Source of the DNA: Ligilactobacillus pabuli
GTDB lineage: Bacteria > Bacillota > Bacilli > Lactobacillales > Lactobacillaceae
DNA: 64,000 nt
Direction: 5' to 3'
NCBI RefSeq assembly: GCF_022836475.1
Contig: NZ_BQXH01000005.1
Coordinates: 71,699 to 135,698, forward strand
Below, in pieces: positions 8,914-17,997 of this stretch (the stretch's first letter is position 1; each line of letters starts with the position of its first letter). The position numbers were made by a program, and so were the translations under genes. Below the pieces are notes generated by a model. It worked only from the letters and a program-made list of their open reading frames with translations. It had not been told where the DNA came from and made no database searches.

Positions 8914-10593
8914 ATGGACTTAGTTAACGAACTAGTCTCAATCGTCGGTAATAAGAATGTCATTACCGACAAAGCAAAATCTTTACGTTTCCGGAAAGGG
9001 TATCGTTCAGGTGAAGGCGATGCAGTCGCTGTTGTCTTCCCTACTACTTTGATGGAAATGTGGCGTGTTTTGAATGTTTTGCATGACAACGACATCATCA
9101 TTATTATGCAAGCATCCAACACTTCTTTGACAGAAGGCTCAATTCCAGCTCCTGGTTATGACCGCCAGGCAGTTGTGGTTAGTGGCTCAAAAATTAAAGA
9201 CCTTCAACTACTTAACCATGGGGAACAAGCACTAGCATTCCCTGGGACAACCTTGTTCCAACTTGAAAATGAATTAAAACCGCTCAAACGCGAACCACAT
9301 TCAGTGATCGGTTCATCTAACTTAGGTGCATCAGTCATTGGTGGGATCAACAACAATTCTGGTGGTGCCTTGATTCGTCGTGGACCAGCTTACACAGAAC
9401 TTTCACTGTATGTTTGGATCGACGAAAACAACGAAATGCACTTGGTTAACCATTTGGGCATTGACTTGGGTGACACACCTGAAGAAATCATTACTAACTT
9501 GGAAAACCGGAACTTTGATTTGAATAATGTTCCAGCCAGTGAACGCCATGGCTCAATGTATGACCATGAAGAAGTTGTCCGTGATGTTGACTCTGATCAA
9601 CCAATCCGTTACAACGCCAATCCTAAAGAATTATATGAGGTTGCTGGTTCAGCTGGTCACGTGGCCGCACTTGCTGTTCGTTTGGATACATTCCCAATGG
9701 ATGAAAAAACACAAATGTTTTACATTGGGACTAACAACCCTGACGAATTGGAAGATGTCCGTCGTTACATCATGAAGAACTTCAAGAACTTACCTGTTTC
9801 TGGTGAATACATGCATAAAGATGCTTACCGTTTGGCCAAGAAGTATGGTAAAGATTCATTGATCGTCATTGAAAAGATCGGGACAGCACATCTACCAGAA
9901 ATGTTTGCACTTAAAGCTTGGGGCGAACGCTTCTTGAAGCACATTCCATTCTTCAAGAACTACTTCCCAGATCGTTTATTGCAAACAGCAGGTCACTTGT
10001 TCCCTAACCAAATGCCGACAAGACTAGATAACTACTATGTTAAGTATGATCATTATCTACAATTGAAGATGGCTGGTGAAGGAATCGAAGAAGCACGCCA
10101 ATACCTGAAAGAATACTTCTCAAAGGCTAGCGGTAACTACTTCGAAGCCACTGCTGACGAAACAAGCAAGGCTGCAACTCACCGTTATGTAACAGCCGGT
10201 GTCGCTATTCGTTATCAAGAATTAAAGCAAGATAGCATTGACATTTTGCCATTGGATATTGCTTTAGCAAGCAACGATTACCACTGGTTCGAACATCTAC
10301 CAAAGGAAATCGACGACAAGATCGAATACAAGATCTATTATGGTCATTTGCTTGATCACGTTATGCATCAAGATTACATCTTGAAGCCTGGCGTTGATGC
10401 TCATGAACTCAAGATGGAAATGTTGAAGCTTTTGGACGAACGCCATGCTGTTTACCCAGCAGAACACAACGTTGGTCACTTATACTTGGCAGCTCCAGCT
10501 TTGGTTGACCATTACAAGAAGAACGACCCAACTAACAGTTTCAACCCTGGGATTGGTTTACAATCAATGAACAAAAACTGGGGAGAATACTAA
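8914..10593 (+). CDS. dld: FAD-dependent, membrane-associated D-lactate dehydrogenase (quinone), Dld type
   Basis: 559 aa from ATG 8914 (AGGAG RBS). Colinear similarity to E. coli Dld along the whole length (..VVFP..LNVLHDNDIIIIMQASNTSLTEGS.. C-terminal NDPTNSFNPGIG). Confidence 0.9.
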   Translation: MDLVNELVSIVGNKNVITDKAKSLRFRKGYRSGEGDAVAVVFPTTLMEMWRVLNVLHDNDIIIIMQASNTSLTEGSIPAPGYDRQAVVVSGSKIKDLQLLNHGEQALAFPGTTLFQLENELKPLKREPHSVIGSSNLGASVIGGINNNSGGALIRRGPAYTELSLYVWIDENNEMHLVNHLGIDLGDTPEEIITNLENRNFDLNNVPASERHGSMYDHEEVVRDVDSDQPIRYNANPKELYEVAGSAGHVAALAVRLDTFPMDEKTQMFYIGTNNPDELEDVRRYIMKNFKNLPVSGEYMHKDAYRLAKKYGKDSLIVIEKIGTAHLPEMFALKAWGERFLKHIPFFKNYFPDRLLQTAGHLFPNQMPTRLDNYYVKYDHYLQLKMAGEGIEEARQYLKEYFSKASGNYFEATADETSKAATHRYVTAGVAIRYQELKQDSIDILPLDIALASNDYHWFEHLPKEIDDKIEYKIYYGHLLDHVMHQDYILKPGVDAHELKMEMLKLLDERHAVYPAEHNVGHLYLAAPALVDHYKKNDPTNSFNPGIGLQSMNKNWGEY

Positions 10594-10602
10594 AATTAGT
10601 AT

Positions 10603-10645
10603 TTTCCAAGGAACTCTATCGCAAGGTAGGGTTCCTTTTTTGTTG
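10603..10645 (+). terminator. Rho-independent terminator after dld
   Basis: AAGGAACTC..GGGTTCCTTTTTT. Confidence 0.6.
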
Positions 10646-10654
10646 AGTAATTTT

Positions 10655-10790
10655 CTATTGTGTTTGTAGACATAACTTTCCCGGATTAACGTGTACAGAT
10701 GCTGCTGTACACATAACTTTCCCCGATTAACGTGTACAGATGCTGCTGTAGACATAACTTTTCCGGATTAACGTGTACAGCAACTGGATC
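10655..10790. repeat. Tandem array, 41-bp unit, about 3.3 copies (family B, inverted relative to the 6097 array)
   Basis: AACGTGTACAG recurs at 10688, 10729 and 10770; the unit is the reverse complement of the 6097 family with variant CATAAC. Confidence 0.85.
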
Positions 10791-10947
10791 GTGCAAACTA
10801 AGAGACGAATTTATCAATTAAAGCCATTCTTTGAAACAATTTACGTAAAAAATTATCTACCAGGCAGAGCTTTTGACTTTTACTAGCTAGTTAATTATGC
10901 TTGATATTAAAGAACTTAAATATAGTCTGGTGAATTAAACAGAACTG

Positions 10948-11096
10948 ACCACTTTGCTCCGCTCTGTTATTTTAGTCGAGCTCCGTAAAGCAACTCCTTC
11001 CGTCTATCCAAGAATAGCCTTCAATGCCAAAAGTGCATCAAAGGCCATTCTCCGATAGTGCTCGGGAGTTAACCGCTTTGCTCCGCTCTGTTATTA
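10948..11096 (+). repeat. Family A structured repeat (about 125 bp), 1 copy plus flanking partial tail
   Basis: TAGTCGAGCTCCGTAAAGCA..CAATGCCAAAAGTGCATCAAAGG..CGCTTTGCTCCGCTCTGT. The same GCTCCGCTCTGT tail sits just upstream. Confidence 0.85.
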
Positions 11097-11114
11097 ATTG
11101 GAGGTTTTACTGAT

Positions 11115-11981
11115 ATGGAACAAAAAATTGCAGTGCTCTCCGATAGTCATGGAAACTCAACTGCTCTGCAAGCAGCCATCGACGATGCTACTGCCCAGGG
11201 GGCCAGCGAATTTTGGACCCTTGGCGATATTGCCTTTGGTGGAGCGACCTCCGAAGAATGTCTCCAGCTGTTAGACCAAGTTAATTTAACTCAAGTTTTA
11301 ATGGGTAACTGGGAAAGCGACTTCAACCAGGAAATGACTCAGCCTAACTGGGATCTTAGTGATCCGACTAATGTCTACTTCACTGTGCTTGTCAAGTATG
11401 AAAATGAACATTTGAGCGCCAAACACCGGCAACAACTAGTCCACCTGCCAATGTCTGGCCGTAAGCAAGTTGGCGACCTGCTCTTTTCATTGAGCCATAA
11501 CCTGCCAGGGCAAAACCATGGGCATAGCCTTTACCCCACCCAGCCTCAGGCTAATTTTGACCAGCTAGCGCTCGACTCGGCCATCGATGTGGCCATCTAC
11601 GCTCATATCCATAGTCCCCTCTGGCGTTACAGTGATCAGGGCCAAATTATTTTGAATCCCGGCGCCGTTGGTCGTCCCTGGAACACCCGAGCCAAGTTGC
11701 TGCAAAATCGGGCTGCCAGCTACCTTTTGCTGACAGTCAATGACACTGGGCTCGCTAAAGTCGATTTCCGCCGCGCCGCCTACGACTTAAACATTGAACT
11801 GCAAAAAGGCCGTGACCGAGGCTTCCCCTATGTCGACCTGGAACAAAAGCAGCTGTTAACGGGTCATTCATCGACCCACAACACCGCTTTACTAGCAGAA
11901 ATTAATGCCAAACGCGGTTATGACAAACTCGCAGCCAAATATTTGAATGAGCTAAAAGAACAAACACGAGCTGCACAATAA
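11115..11981 (+). CDS. Metallophosphoesterase (calcineurin-like phosphoesterase)
   Basis: 288 aa with DSHGN, GDIAFGG, GNWE and HIH motifs; GGAGG RBS. Confidence 0.75.
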   Translation: MEQKIAVLSDSHGNSTALQAAIDDATAQGASEFWTLGDIAFGGATSEECLQLLDQVNLTQVLMGNWESDFNQEMTQPNWDLSDPTNVYFTVLVKYENEHLSAKHRQQLVHLPMSGRKQVGDLLFSLSHNLPGQNHGHSLYPTQPQANFDQLALDSAIDVAIYAHIHSPLWRYSDQGQIILNPGAVGRPWNTRAKLLQNRAASYLLLTVNDTGLAKVDFRRAAYDLNIELQKGRDRGFPYVDLEQKQLLTGHSSTHNTALLAEINAKRGYDKLAAKYLNELKEQTRAAQ

Positions 11982-12012
11982 TCAGACCACACACTGGTCG
12001 TTTTCCAAAGTA

Positions 12013-12040
12013 ACCAGGCCTTTGAACCTGGTTATTTTAG
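12013..12040 (+). terminator. Rho-independent terminator
   Basis: AACCAGGcctttgaaCCTGGTTATTTT. Confidence 0.55.
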
Positions 12041-12206
12041 TGCACAAAAAAGCCCAGCGACTAAGTTTAAGGGGTCACTGGGCTTGAAGCATAGTTGTTT
12101 TTAGAGTAATCAACAAATTTTGGGAGGTCATTGATTACAATTTATATTGTATCAAACATTTCTCCGCTTGTTAAGTTTTATGCCCGAAAAGAATTATGGT
12201 AATCAC

Positions 12207-13277
12207 TTAGAATATTTGTAAGTCATTGCCGACCACAAAGTTCACTAGTGACCACAGGAAAATAACTCCCAGCATCACCAAATGGAACTTTTTATGGTTG
12301 GCCAACAAAGCAATGTACTCCCGGATAAACGCGTTCGGAATGAAAAAACGACTCGTTTTGGCGCCCAGACCGGCGATATTCAAACCGACATAGCGGGCAT
12401 AACCTGCGGCGCGGAAAGTATGGTAATCGCTGGTTGCGAAGAGGCCATGTTTCAGATCAACTTGATGGTCTTGCAAGATTTGTTTGGAAAAAGCCATGTT
12501 TTCGTACGTATTCTTCGACTTTTCTTCGGCAAGGCTCCGGGCAGGGTTCGCTCCATGAGCCAAGGCATACTCCTTCATAGCTGTCCCTTCCGGTTTGGTC
12601 TCATCGCCGCCCTGACCACCAGAAAAAATCAGCCAAGGATAATGGTGGGTCTTTTGTTCTTGTGCATTCGCAAAGTCTAAGGCACACTGGATGCGAGAAG
12701 CTAGCAGCGGCGAAACTTGGTCACCATTTAACAGCCCTGCTCCTAAAACAATAATGTAATCCTGGTTGTAGCTGGGCCGATACAGGCGCGTAATGATAAA
12801 GGACGTAATGAACGCTAAAAACCAAAAGACAAAGTAACCAAGGACTGGCACCACGAAAGAAGTGTAAAAGGTGACTGAATCTTGTGAGAAAAAGCTCCGG
12901 TCAACGAACCTGATCACTGGCAAAACCACCAGGATCAAGACTCCCAGACCTAGCGTCAGCATATTGCCTAAAGTGTGGCTTTCCTTGTGCCACACGGTGA
13001 TCGCGTTCCACAACAACAGCACGCCTAATAATGAATAAAGCAATAAGAGCGGGAAACCAATCACCGCTAACACTACGATCAACATTGTGTTGAGCCAGTG
13101 AATATTTGTGGCCTCGATTGCCAAAATCACTGTCACCGCAAACGATAGTAACGCTAGGTTACACAGGACTCCATTGAGGATCCGGAATTTATTTTGATGT
13201 AAACTAATTGCTAGTAAAACTACACAGACCAAGGTGAAAATCGTCCCGCCACTGATCAAAATTGCTGTTTGCCCCAT
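12207..13277 (-). CDS. Membrane protein with C-terminal YdcF/SanA (DUF218) domain
   Basis: 356 aa; about 6 N-terminal TM helices followed by a DUF218-like region (IIVLGAGLLNGDQVS..SGGQGGDE..TSDYHTFRA). Confidence 0.7.
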   Translation of the reverse strand: MGQTAILISGGTIFTLVCVVLLAISLHQNKFRILNGVLCNLALLSFAVTVILAIEATNIHWLNTMLIVVLAVIGFPLLLLYSLLGVLLLWNAITVWHKESHTLGNMLTLGLGVLILVVLPVIRFVDRSFFSQDSVTFYTSFVVPVLGYFVFWFLAFITSFIITRLYRPSYNQDYIIVLGAGLLNGDQVSPLLASRIQCALDFANAQEQKTHHYPWLIFSGGQGGDETKPEGTAMKEYALAHGANPARSLAEEKSKNTYENMAFSKQILQDHQVDLKHGLFATSDYHTFRAAGYARYVGLNIAGLGAKTSRFFIPNAFIREYIALLANHKKFHLVMLGVIFLWSLVNFVVGNDLQIF

Positions 13278-13454
13278 AAAAAAATACCTCGATCATCGTA
13301 AAATTAGTTGCTGGCCTGATTCGACCAGTTCATTTCTAATTTTACAAGAATTTGGTATTTTTTCAAATTTAATAATTGCTGGTTATCGCAAAATGGTTTT
13401 CCATAACCTATGAGTTCATTTTTTCTTTCAGTGACAGGACCTCATCCCGCATAA

Positions 13455-13765
13455 TCAAAAAGGAGCTTCAATGCAAGTACGCATTAAAACTCCTTTCTAC
13501 TTATTTTGCTCGGGTGTATTTAGTCGAGCTCCGTGAAACAGGAAGCTCCGCCTATCCATGACCAACCCTCAATGCCGAAACCGCATTAAAGGCCGGTCTC
13601 CGATATGCTCGGAAGCTAAACGCTTTGCTCCGCTCTGTGTTTAGTCGAGCTACTCAAGCCAGGACTTTCCGTCCATCTAAACCCAGCGGCCAATGCCTAA
13701 AGCGCATTAGCCACTAGGTTCCGATGGTACTCGAGTCCTCCCGGCTTGCTCCACTCTGTGTTTTT
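13455..13765 (+). repeat. Family A repeats: a fragment plus two tandem copies (period 123 bp)
   Basis: Copies at about 13518-13640 and 13641-13762. The array ends ..CTCTGTGTTTTTTA, where TTA is the complement of the rgg stop codon. Confidence 0.85.
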
Positions 13766-14625
13766 TATAAAGCGTAGCCCTGGGCATTTAATTCTGCCAC
13801 TGCTCGCTCCTTAACTTCATCATTATGGATGTGGTCAGCAAAAGTATACGCCATATACAAGGCCTGGATGGCTTCTGGGATCCATTTGCCATTGACACCC
13901 GCTAAAGCATAGGCCATGTTAATATACAACTTGTCGACTGGGCCCGAAATCATTTCCTTTTGTGCCATCGCAATTCCCTTACGTGTGATTTTCAAAGTTT
14001 CATCGTACTGCTTCATATTTAAATAGTAATAAGATGCATTGGTCCACAGCTGCAAGGTCGCATAGCTTTGTTTTTCTGGGTCGTGGTCCGCAAAGGCTTC
14101 CCGTGCCTGGTCGATGTAATACTTGGCTGGTTCAACTTTTCCAGCAATCAAGTATTCGACCGCTAAATCACTGGCAACTAATGGCCATAAAACGCCAATT
14201 TCGTGGTGTGTGACCTGCAAGATCCGGTTATAAGTGAAAATTGCGTCGGAGCGATGGTCAGTCGTTGAGTGCGCTAAGATCCATGCCCGCATATAGTCGC
14301 GCCACAAAGTCAGTTCAAGTGTCATATCATCTAATGTATCGAGTTTGTCCAAGATCTCGCTCGCAGCATCAAATTGGTGGTGCAAAATTCTGACCACTGC
14401 ACTCAAGACCAGCGAGTTGCCATCAATAAATTCTTCAGTGCCAACTGCTTCGGCAAAGCTCATATTCAAACGTGTAACAATTTTTTCCAAGGTTTCCCCA
14501 GAAGGAACGGCTGACCGAGTTTCGATCTGACTGATCATCCCTTGCGAAGTGATGCCCTCGGCGAGTTCCCCTTGGGACATTTTAAGTTCTTTTCTTCTTT
14601 TTCGAATTAATCCACCATTAATCAT
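13765..14625 (-). CDS. Rgg/GadR/MutR-family transcriptional regulator (XRE HTH plus C-terminal helical-repeat domain)
   Basis: 286 aa. N-terminal LIRKRRKELKMSQGELAEGI..SQIE HTH with an Rgg-like C-terminal domain; AGAGGT RBS. Confidence 0.6.
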   Translation of the reverse strand: MINGGLIRKRRKELKMSQGELAEGITSQGMISQIETRSAVPSGETLEKIVTRLNMSFAEAVGTEEFIDGNSLVLSAVVRILHHQFDAASEILDKLDTLDDMTLELTLWRDYMRAWILAHSTTDHRSDAIFTYNRILQVTHHEIGVLWPLVASDLAVEYLIAGKVEPAKYYIDQAREAFADHDPEKQSYATLQLWTNASYYYLNMKQYDETLKITRKGIAMAQKEMISGPVDKLYINMAYALAGVNGKWIPEAIQALYMAYTFADHIHNDEVKERAVAELNAQGYAL

Positions 14626-15096
14626 CTTATCTGTACCTCTTAACTAAAGTTTGTTTAACCGATTCTACTATTTCACTGTTACTTCTTAGCCGATAGATTC
14701 ACAATATCTATTATTATACATAATCAAATGTGATTCAACTAGAAGATTCCCCTGAGATTTACCACCAAGTAATACGTTTTACCTAAAAATAATCAACAGG
14801 CTTTTCCGACAGAGCAATCAAGTCAATTGTCTGGGTTTAACTATGGTAATTTGCCAGTTAATTTTTACCAGACCAATTCCACTAAATAGATTATACCATG
14901 CTATTGCGGAACTGTTCGAAATTAATGCTTGATTTAGGCAGGGGATTATCTAGTGCTAGCCGGTCAATTACGGTTAAATCTGCCTGGAAAACAACCAGTT
15001 TGGCTCACCGTCTGCATGACAGCGCTTTAATTTCCGAACATTTACCGCCATTTTGGTAGCTTTTTTCAATTTTAATGCAATAATTTCAACTTTTCA

Positions 15097-15125
15097 TTGA
15101 CTTTTACTCATTTTACCTTTAAAAT
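15097..15125 (+). promoter_or_regulatory. Promoter of sstT
   Basis: TTGACT (15097-15102), 17 nt, TAAAAT (15120-15125). Confidence 0.5.
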
Positions 15126-15175
15126 TCTAATAATATTATAATTTAAATGAGAAGAATTTAGTTGGAGGGAAAAAT

Positions 15176-16432
15176 ATGTTTCAAAAGTATACCAGGATCC
15201 CATTAATTGGGCGCATACTAATTGGCATTATCATCGGTGTCTTCGTAGGGGTGGTCCTTCCTTCTTGGACCTGGATCGACCTATTAGGAGAACTCTTTAT
15301 TGGTGCCTTGAAAGCCATCGCACCGCTGTTAGTCTTTATGGTCATCATGTCCTCGATCTCGGGCTATGAAAAAGGAACTGAAAATCATTTTGGAACTGTC
15401 ATTATTTTATACTTAGGAGCCACCTTCTTATCGGCCGTGGCTGCCGTGTTAGCTTCGTACTTATTTCCAATTAAGCTGGTTTTGTCAAAAGCTACAACCG
15501 CTTCGGCTGCGAATGCTCCCAAAGGCCTAGGGCAAATTGTCAGTGACCTGCTGACCAACGCCGTCTCAAACCCAGTGCATGCACTCATGAACGGTGACTA
15601 TTTGACGATTTTGTTCTGGGCCGTTTTGTTGGGGATCGCCCTTCAGGCTGCCAGTCAAACGACGAGAACGGTCATCAAAGACTTTTCACAGATGATTGGG
15701 AAAGTTACCGGCTGGATCATCGAATTCGCTCCATTTGGGATCGTTGGTCTGGTTCACCAAGCCTTAGTTGAAACAGGTACAAAGGGTGTCTTACGTTACG
15801 GCCAACTCGTTTTAATGCTGGTCGGCACGATGATTTTCGTCTATCTGGTCGTTTATTCATTAATGGTGTGGTCACTGACCCGCCAAAATCCATTTCCACT
15901 CGTTTTCTGGACGTTGAAGGTCTCGGGGATCCCCGCTTTCTTCACGCGAAGCAGTGCCGTCAATATTCCAATTAACCTGGAAGCCTGCGAAGATCTCGGG
16001 TTAAATGAAAAGAGTTATGGCGTTTCGATCCCACTGGGCGGTTCAGCCAACTCTGGCGGCGCGGCGATCACGATCTCGATCATGACCCTAGCTGCCACGC
16101 ACACTCTGGGAATGGACTTTTCTATTCCACTAGCTTTGGTCCTTTGTTTCCTAACGGCCATCGCTTCCACTGGTGTTTCCGGAATCGCCGGCGGTTCCCT
16201 CTTACTGATCCCCATGGCCTGCAGCCTCTTTGGTATCAGTAACGACATCGCCATGCAAGTGGTTGGGATCGGCTTTGTGATCGGTGTGATCCAAGATTCC
16301 GTTGAAACAGCCGTGAACTCAGCGTCTGACCTCTTGTTCACCGCCGCTGCCGAATACGGGGACCTGCGCAAGAGCGGGAAGCCTGTTAACATTTCCGCCG
16401 CGATCAAACGTGCAAACCAGGCCCGCGGGTAA
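15176..16432 (+). CDS. sstT: Serine/threonine:Na+ symporter SstT (DAACS family)
   Basis: 418 aa polytopic protein with clear SstT-like sequence; GGAGGG RBS. Confidence 0.8.
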   Translation: MFQKYTRIPLIGRILIGIIIGVFVGVVLPSWTWIDLLGELFIGALKAIAPLLVFMVIMSSISGYEKGTENHFGTVIILYLGATFLSAVAAVLASYLFPIKLVLSKATTASAANAPKGLGQIVSDLLTNAVSNPVHALMNGDYLTILFWAVLLGIALQAASQTTRTVIKDFSQMIGKVTGWIIEFAPFGIVGLVHQALVETGTKGVLRYGQLVLMLVGTMIFVYLVVYSLMVWSLTRQNPFPLVFWTLKVSGIPAFFTRSSAVNIPINLEACEDLGLNEKSYGVSIPLGGSANSGGAAITISIMTLAATHTLGMDFSIPLALVLCFLTAIASTGVSGIAGGSLLLIPMACSLFGISNDIAMQVVGIGFVIGVIQDSVETAVNSASDLLFTAAAEYGDLRKSGKPVNISAAIKRANQARG

Positions 16433-16636
16433 TATTCACAGAATAAAAAAGCTTGTTTAGAAGATGAACACTCAGAAGAAAAGACCTTCAATGCAACTTG
16501 GCATTGAAGGTCTTTTTTTAGGTGGACTGTTTTGAGACATTTGGGTACACAAGTCTATCTCAGTCACAATAATTGACTCTTTACCCTTAGCCTTGCATAC
16601 TTGGAAGTGAATTAACCTAGAAAAGAGGTTTTTCCA

Positions 16637-17359
16637 ATGAAAAAAATCAATCGTGGTATCGATGCCCCACTAGTTCCGTTAATTTTTATCCTAGCTAGTT
16701 TAATGGCACTGTTCTTTTGGATCACTTATCGCGCCTATCCCTTCGCTTGGCTCAATTCATTATTTGCCATTGCCATGTTGGCGGGTGCAGTCATTTTTCT
16801 GCATACTAGTTTACGAGGAAAATACCAGATTTGGGAACAGCTAACTAGTGAACTAACGATTCCGAAAGACGCGAAAATTTTAGACCTGGGTTGTGGACAT
16901 GGCCTAAATTTGATCAAATTTGCTCAACTAATTAGTCCGACCGGCAAAGTTGTTGGTGTTGACCTTTGGCGGTCCGTCGATCAATCGAAGAATAGCCGCG
17001 CTGCCACTGTCAAAAATTTAATTGCCGCTAACGTTCAGCAAAAAGTCTCTCTAAAAACTGCCGATATGGCTGACCTACCCTTTGGGGACGAAACTTTTAA
17101 CTTTGTCATTTCCAGTCTAGCTTTCCATAATATCAAACCAGCCGCCAAACGCCAGCGCGCACTGCAAGAAGCCATCCGCGTCTTACAACCGGGGGGACAA
17201 TTATTGCTGGTCGATACTGGTCACTATTTCAAACAATATCAGGCCGTCCTAGCCGCCCATAATTTGACAAACATTCAGCTCACTTCCGCCGGGGTCAATG
17301 GTTGGTGGACTGGACCTTGGATGCGGACCATGATCCTTACCGCACAAAAAGCGGCATAA
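16637..17359 (+). CDS. Class I SAM-dependent methyltransferase with N-terminal TM helices
   Basis: ILDLGCGHG motif I and VGVDLW post-I motif. Confidence 0.75.
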   Translation: MKKINRGIDAPLVPLIFILASLMALFFWITYRAYPFAWLNSLFAIAMLAGAVIFLHTSLRGKYQIWEQLTSELTIPKDAKILDLGCGHGLNLIKFAQLISPTGKVVGVDLWRSVDQSKNSRAATVKNLIAANVQQKVSLKTADMADLPFGDETFNFVISSLAFHNIKPAAKRQRALQEAIRVLQPGGQLLLVDTGHYFKQYQAVLAAHNLTNIQLTSAGVNGWWTGPWMRTMILTAQKAA

Positions 17360-17374
17360 TTTACGCTCAAAAAT

Positions 17375-17420
17375 AGCGTTAGTCACAAAAAGTAGATTCT
17401 TTGCTGACTAACGCTATTTC
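17375..17420 (+). terminator. Rho-independent terminator
   Basis: AAATAGCGTTAGTCA..TGACTAACGCTATTT. Confidence 0.6.
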
Positions 17421-17451
17421 GGTTGCTTGCCGCTCGCACGCGGTGGTTTGT

Positions 17452-17601
17452 CTATCTGCATGATTTGATCCATTGGAGATGTTCTTTTAACTTTGGATCC
17501 TCTGAAATTTCAGGATCTTGCGCCCAGTTATCTCCATAAGTTTGATCTAGATAGCTAATAATTTTATGTGTACGGATCCGCATTTCTTCACGGTCTGACA
17601 T
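17452..17601 (-). CDS. Small hypothetical protein, 49 aa (MSDREEMRIRTHKIISYLDQTYGDNWAQDPEISEDPKLKEHLQWIKSCR); not in the ORF track because it is under 60 aa
   Basis: ATG at 17601 preceded by AAAAAGGGG at 9 nt; stop TAG at 17452-17454. Confidence 0.3.
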   Translation of the reverse strand: MSDREEMRIRTHKIISYLDQTYGDNWAQDPEISEDPKLKEHLQWIKSCR

Positions 17602-17859
17602 GTCATTCGCCCCTTTTTTACTGCCTGATATTTCTACTTCTGTTACCCCGTATCTCTATCATACTTCATTTTGAACGAATAAGTTAAAAATAAGTCTCAA
17701 AAGGACTCTTTTTCGACTATTCTTTTGAAATAACAAGTCGGATCCGCTAATTTCTGCTTAACTTGCAGCACTTCTTGACTCCTACAAATGGCAGCCAACG
17801 TAGTCGCTCAGTAAATCACCCAAAAAAAAGAACCCTACCTTTACGATAGAGTTCAATTG

Positions 17860-17996
17860 CTAGTCACACTATGATAGTCGGGTTCTGCTAAACAAGGCTC
17901 TCAGCTTATCTAAGCCCAGCCTTCGATGCCAAAAATGCATCAAAGACTATGCTCCAATCATGCTCGGGAGCTGACCGCTTTGCTCCGCTCTGTGTT
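17860..17996 (+). repeat. Family A repeat, diverged copy, ending at the pncB stop codon
   Basis: ..CAGCCTTCGATGCCAAAAATGCATCAAAGACT..CGCTTTGCTCCGCTCTGTGTTTTTA, then the pncB stop (complement of TTA at 17998-18000). Confidence 0.75.
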
Positions 17997-17997
17997 T

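Noticed and set aside
17825-17890. Hairpin AGAACCC..GGGTTCT with U-run as the pncB terminator
   Set aside because: The loop is about 45 nt, too large for a canonical intrinsic terminator. It may be a composite structure involving the repeat element, so it is not called.
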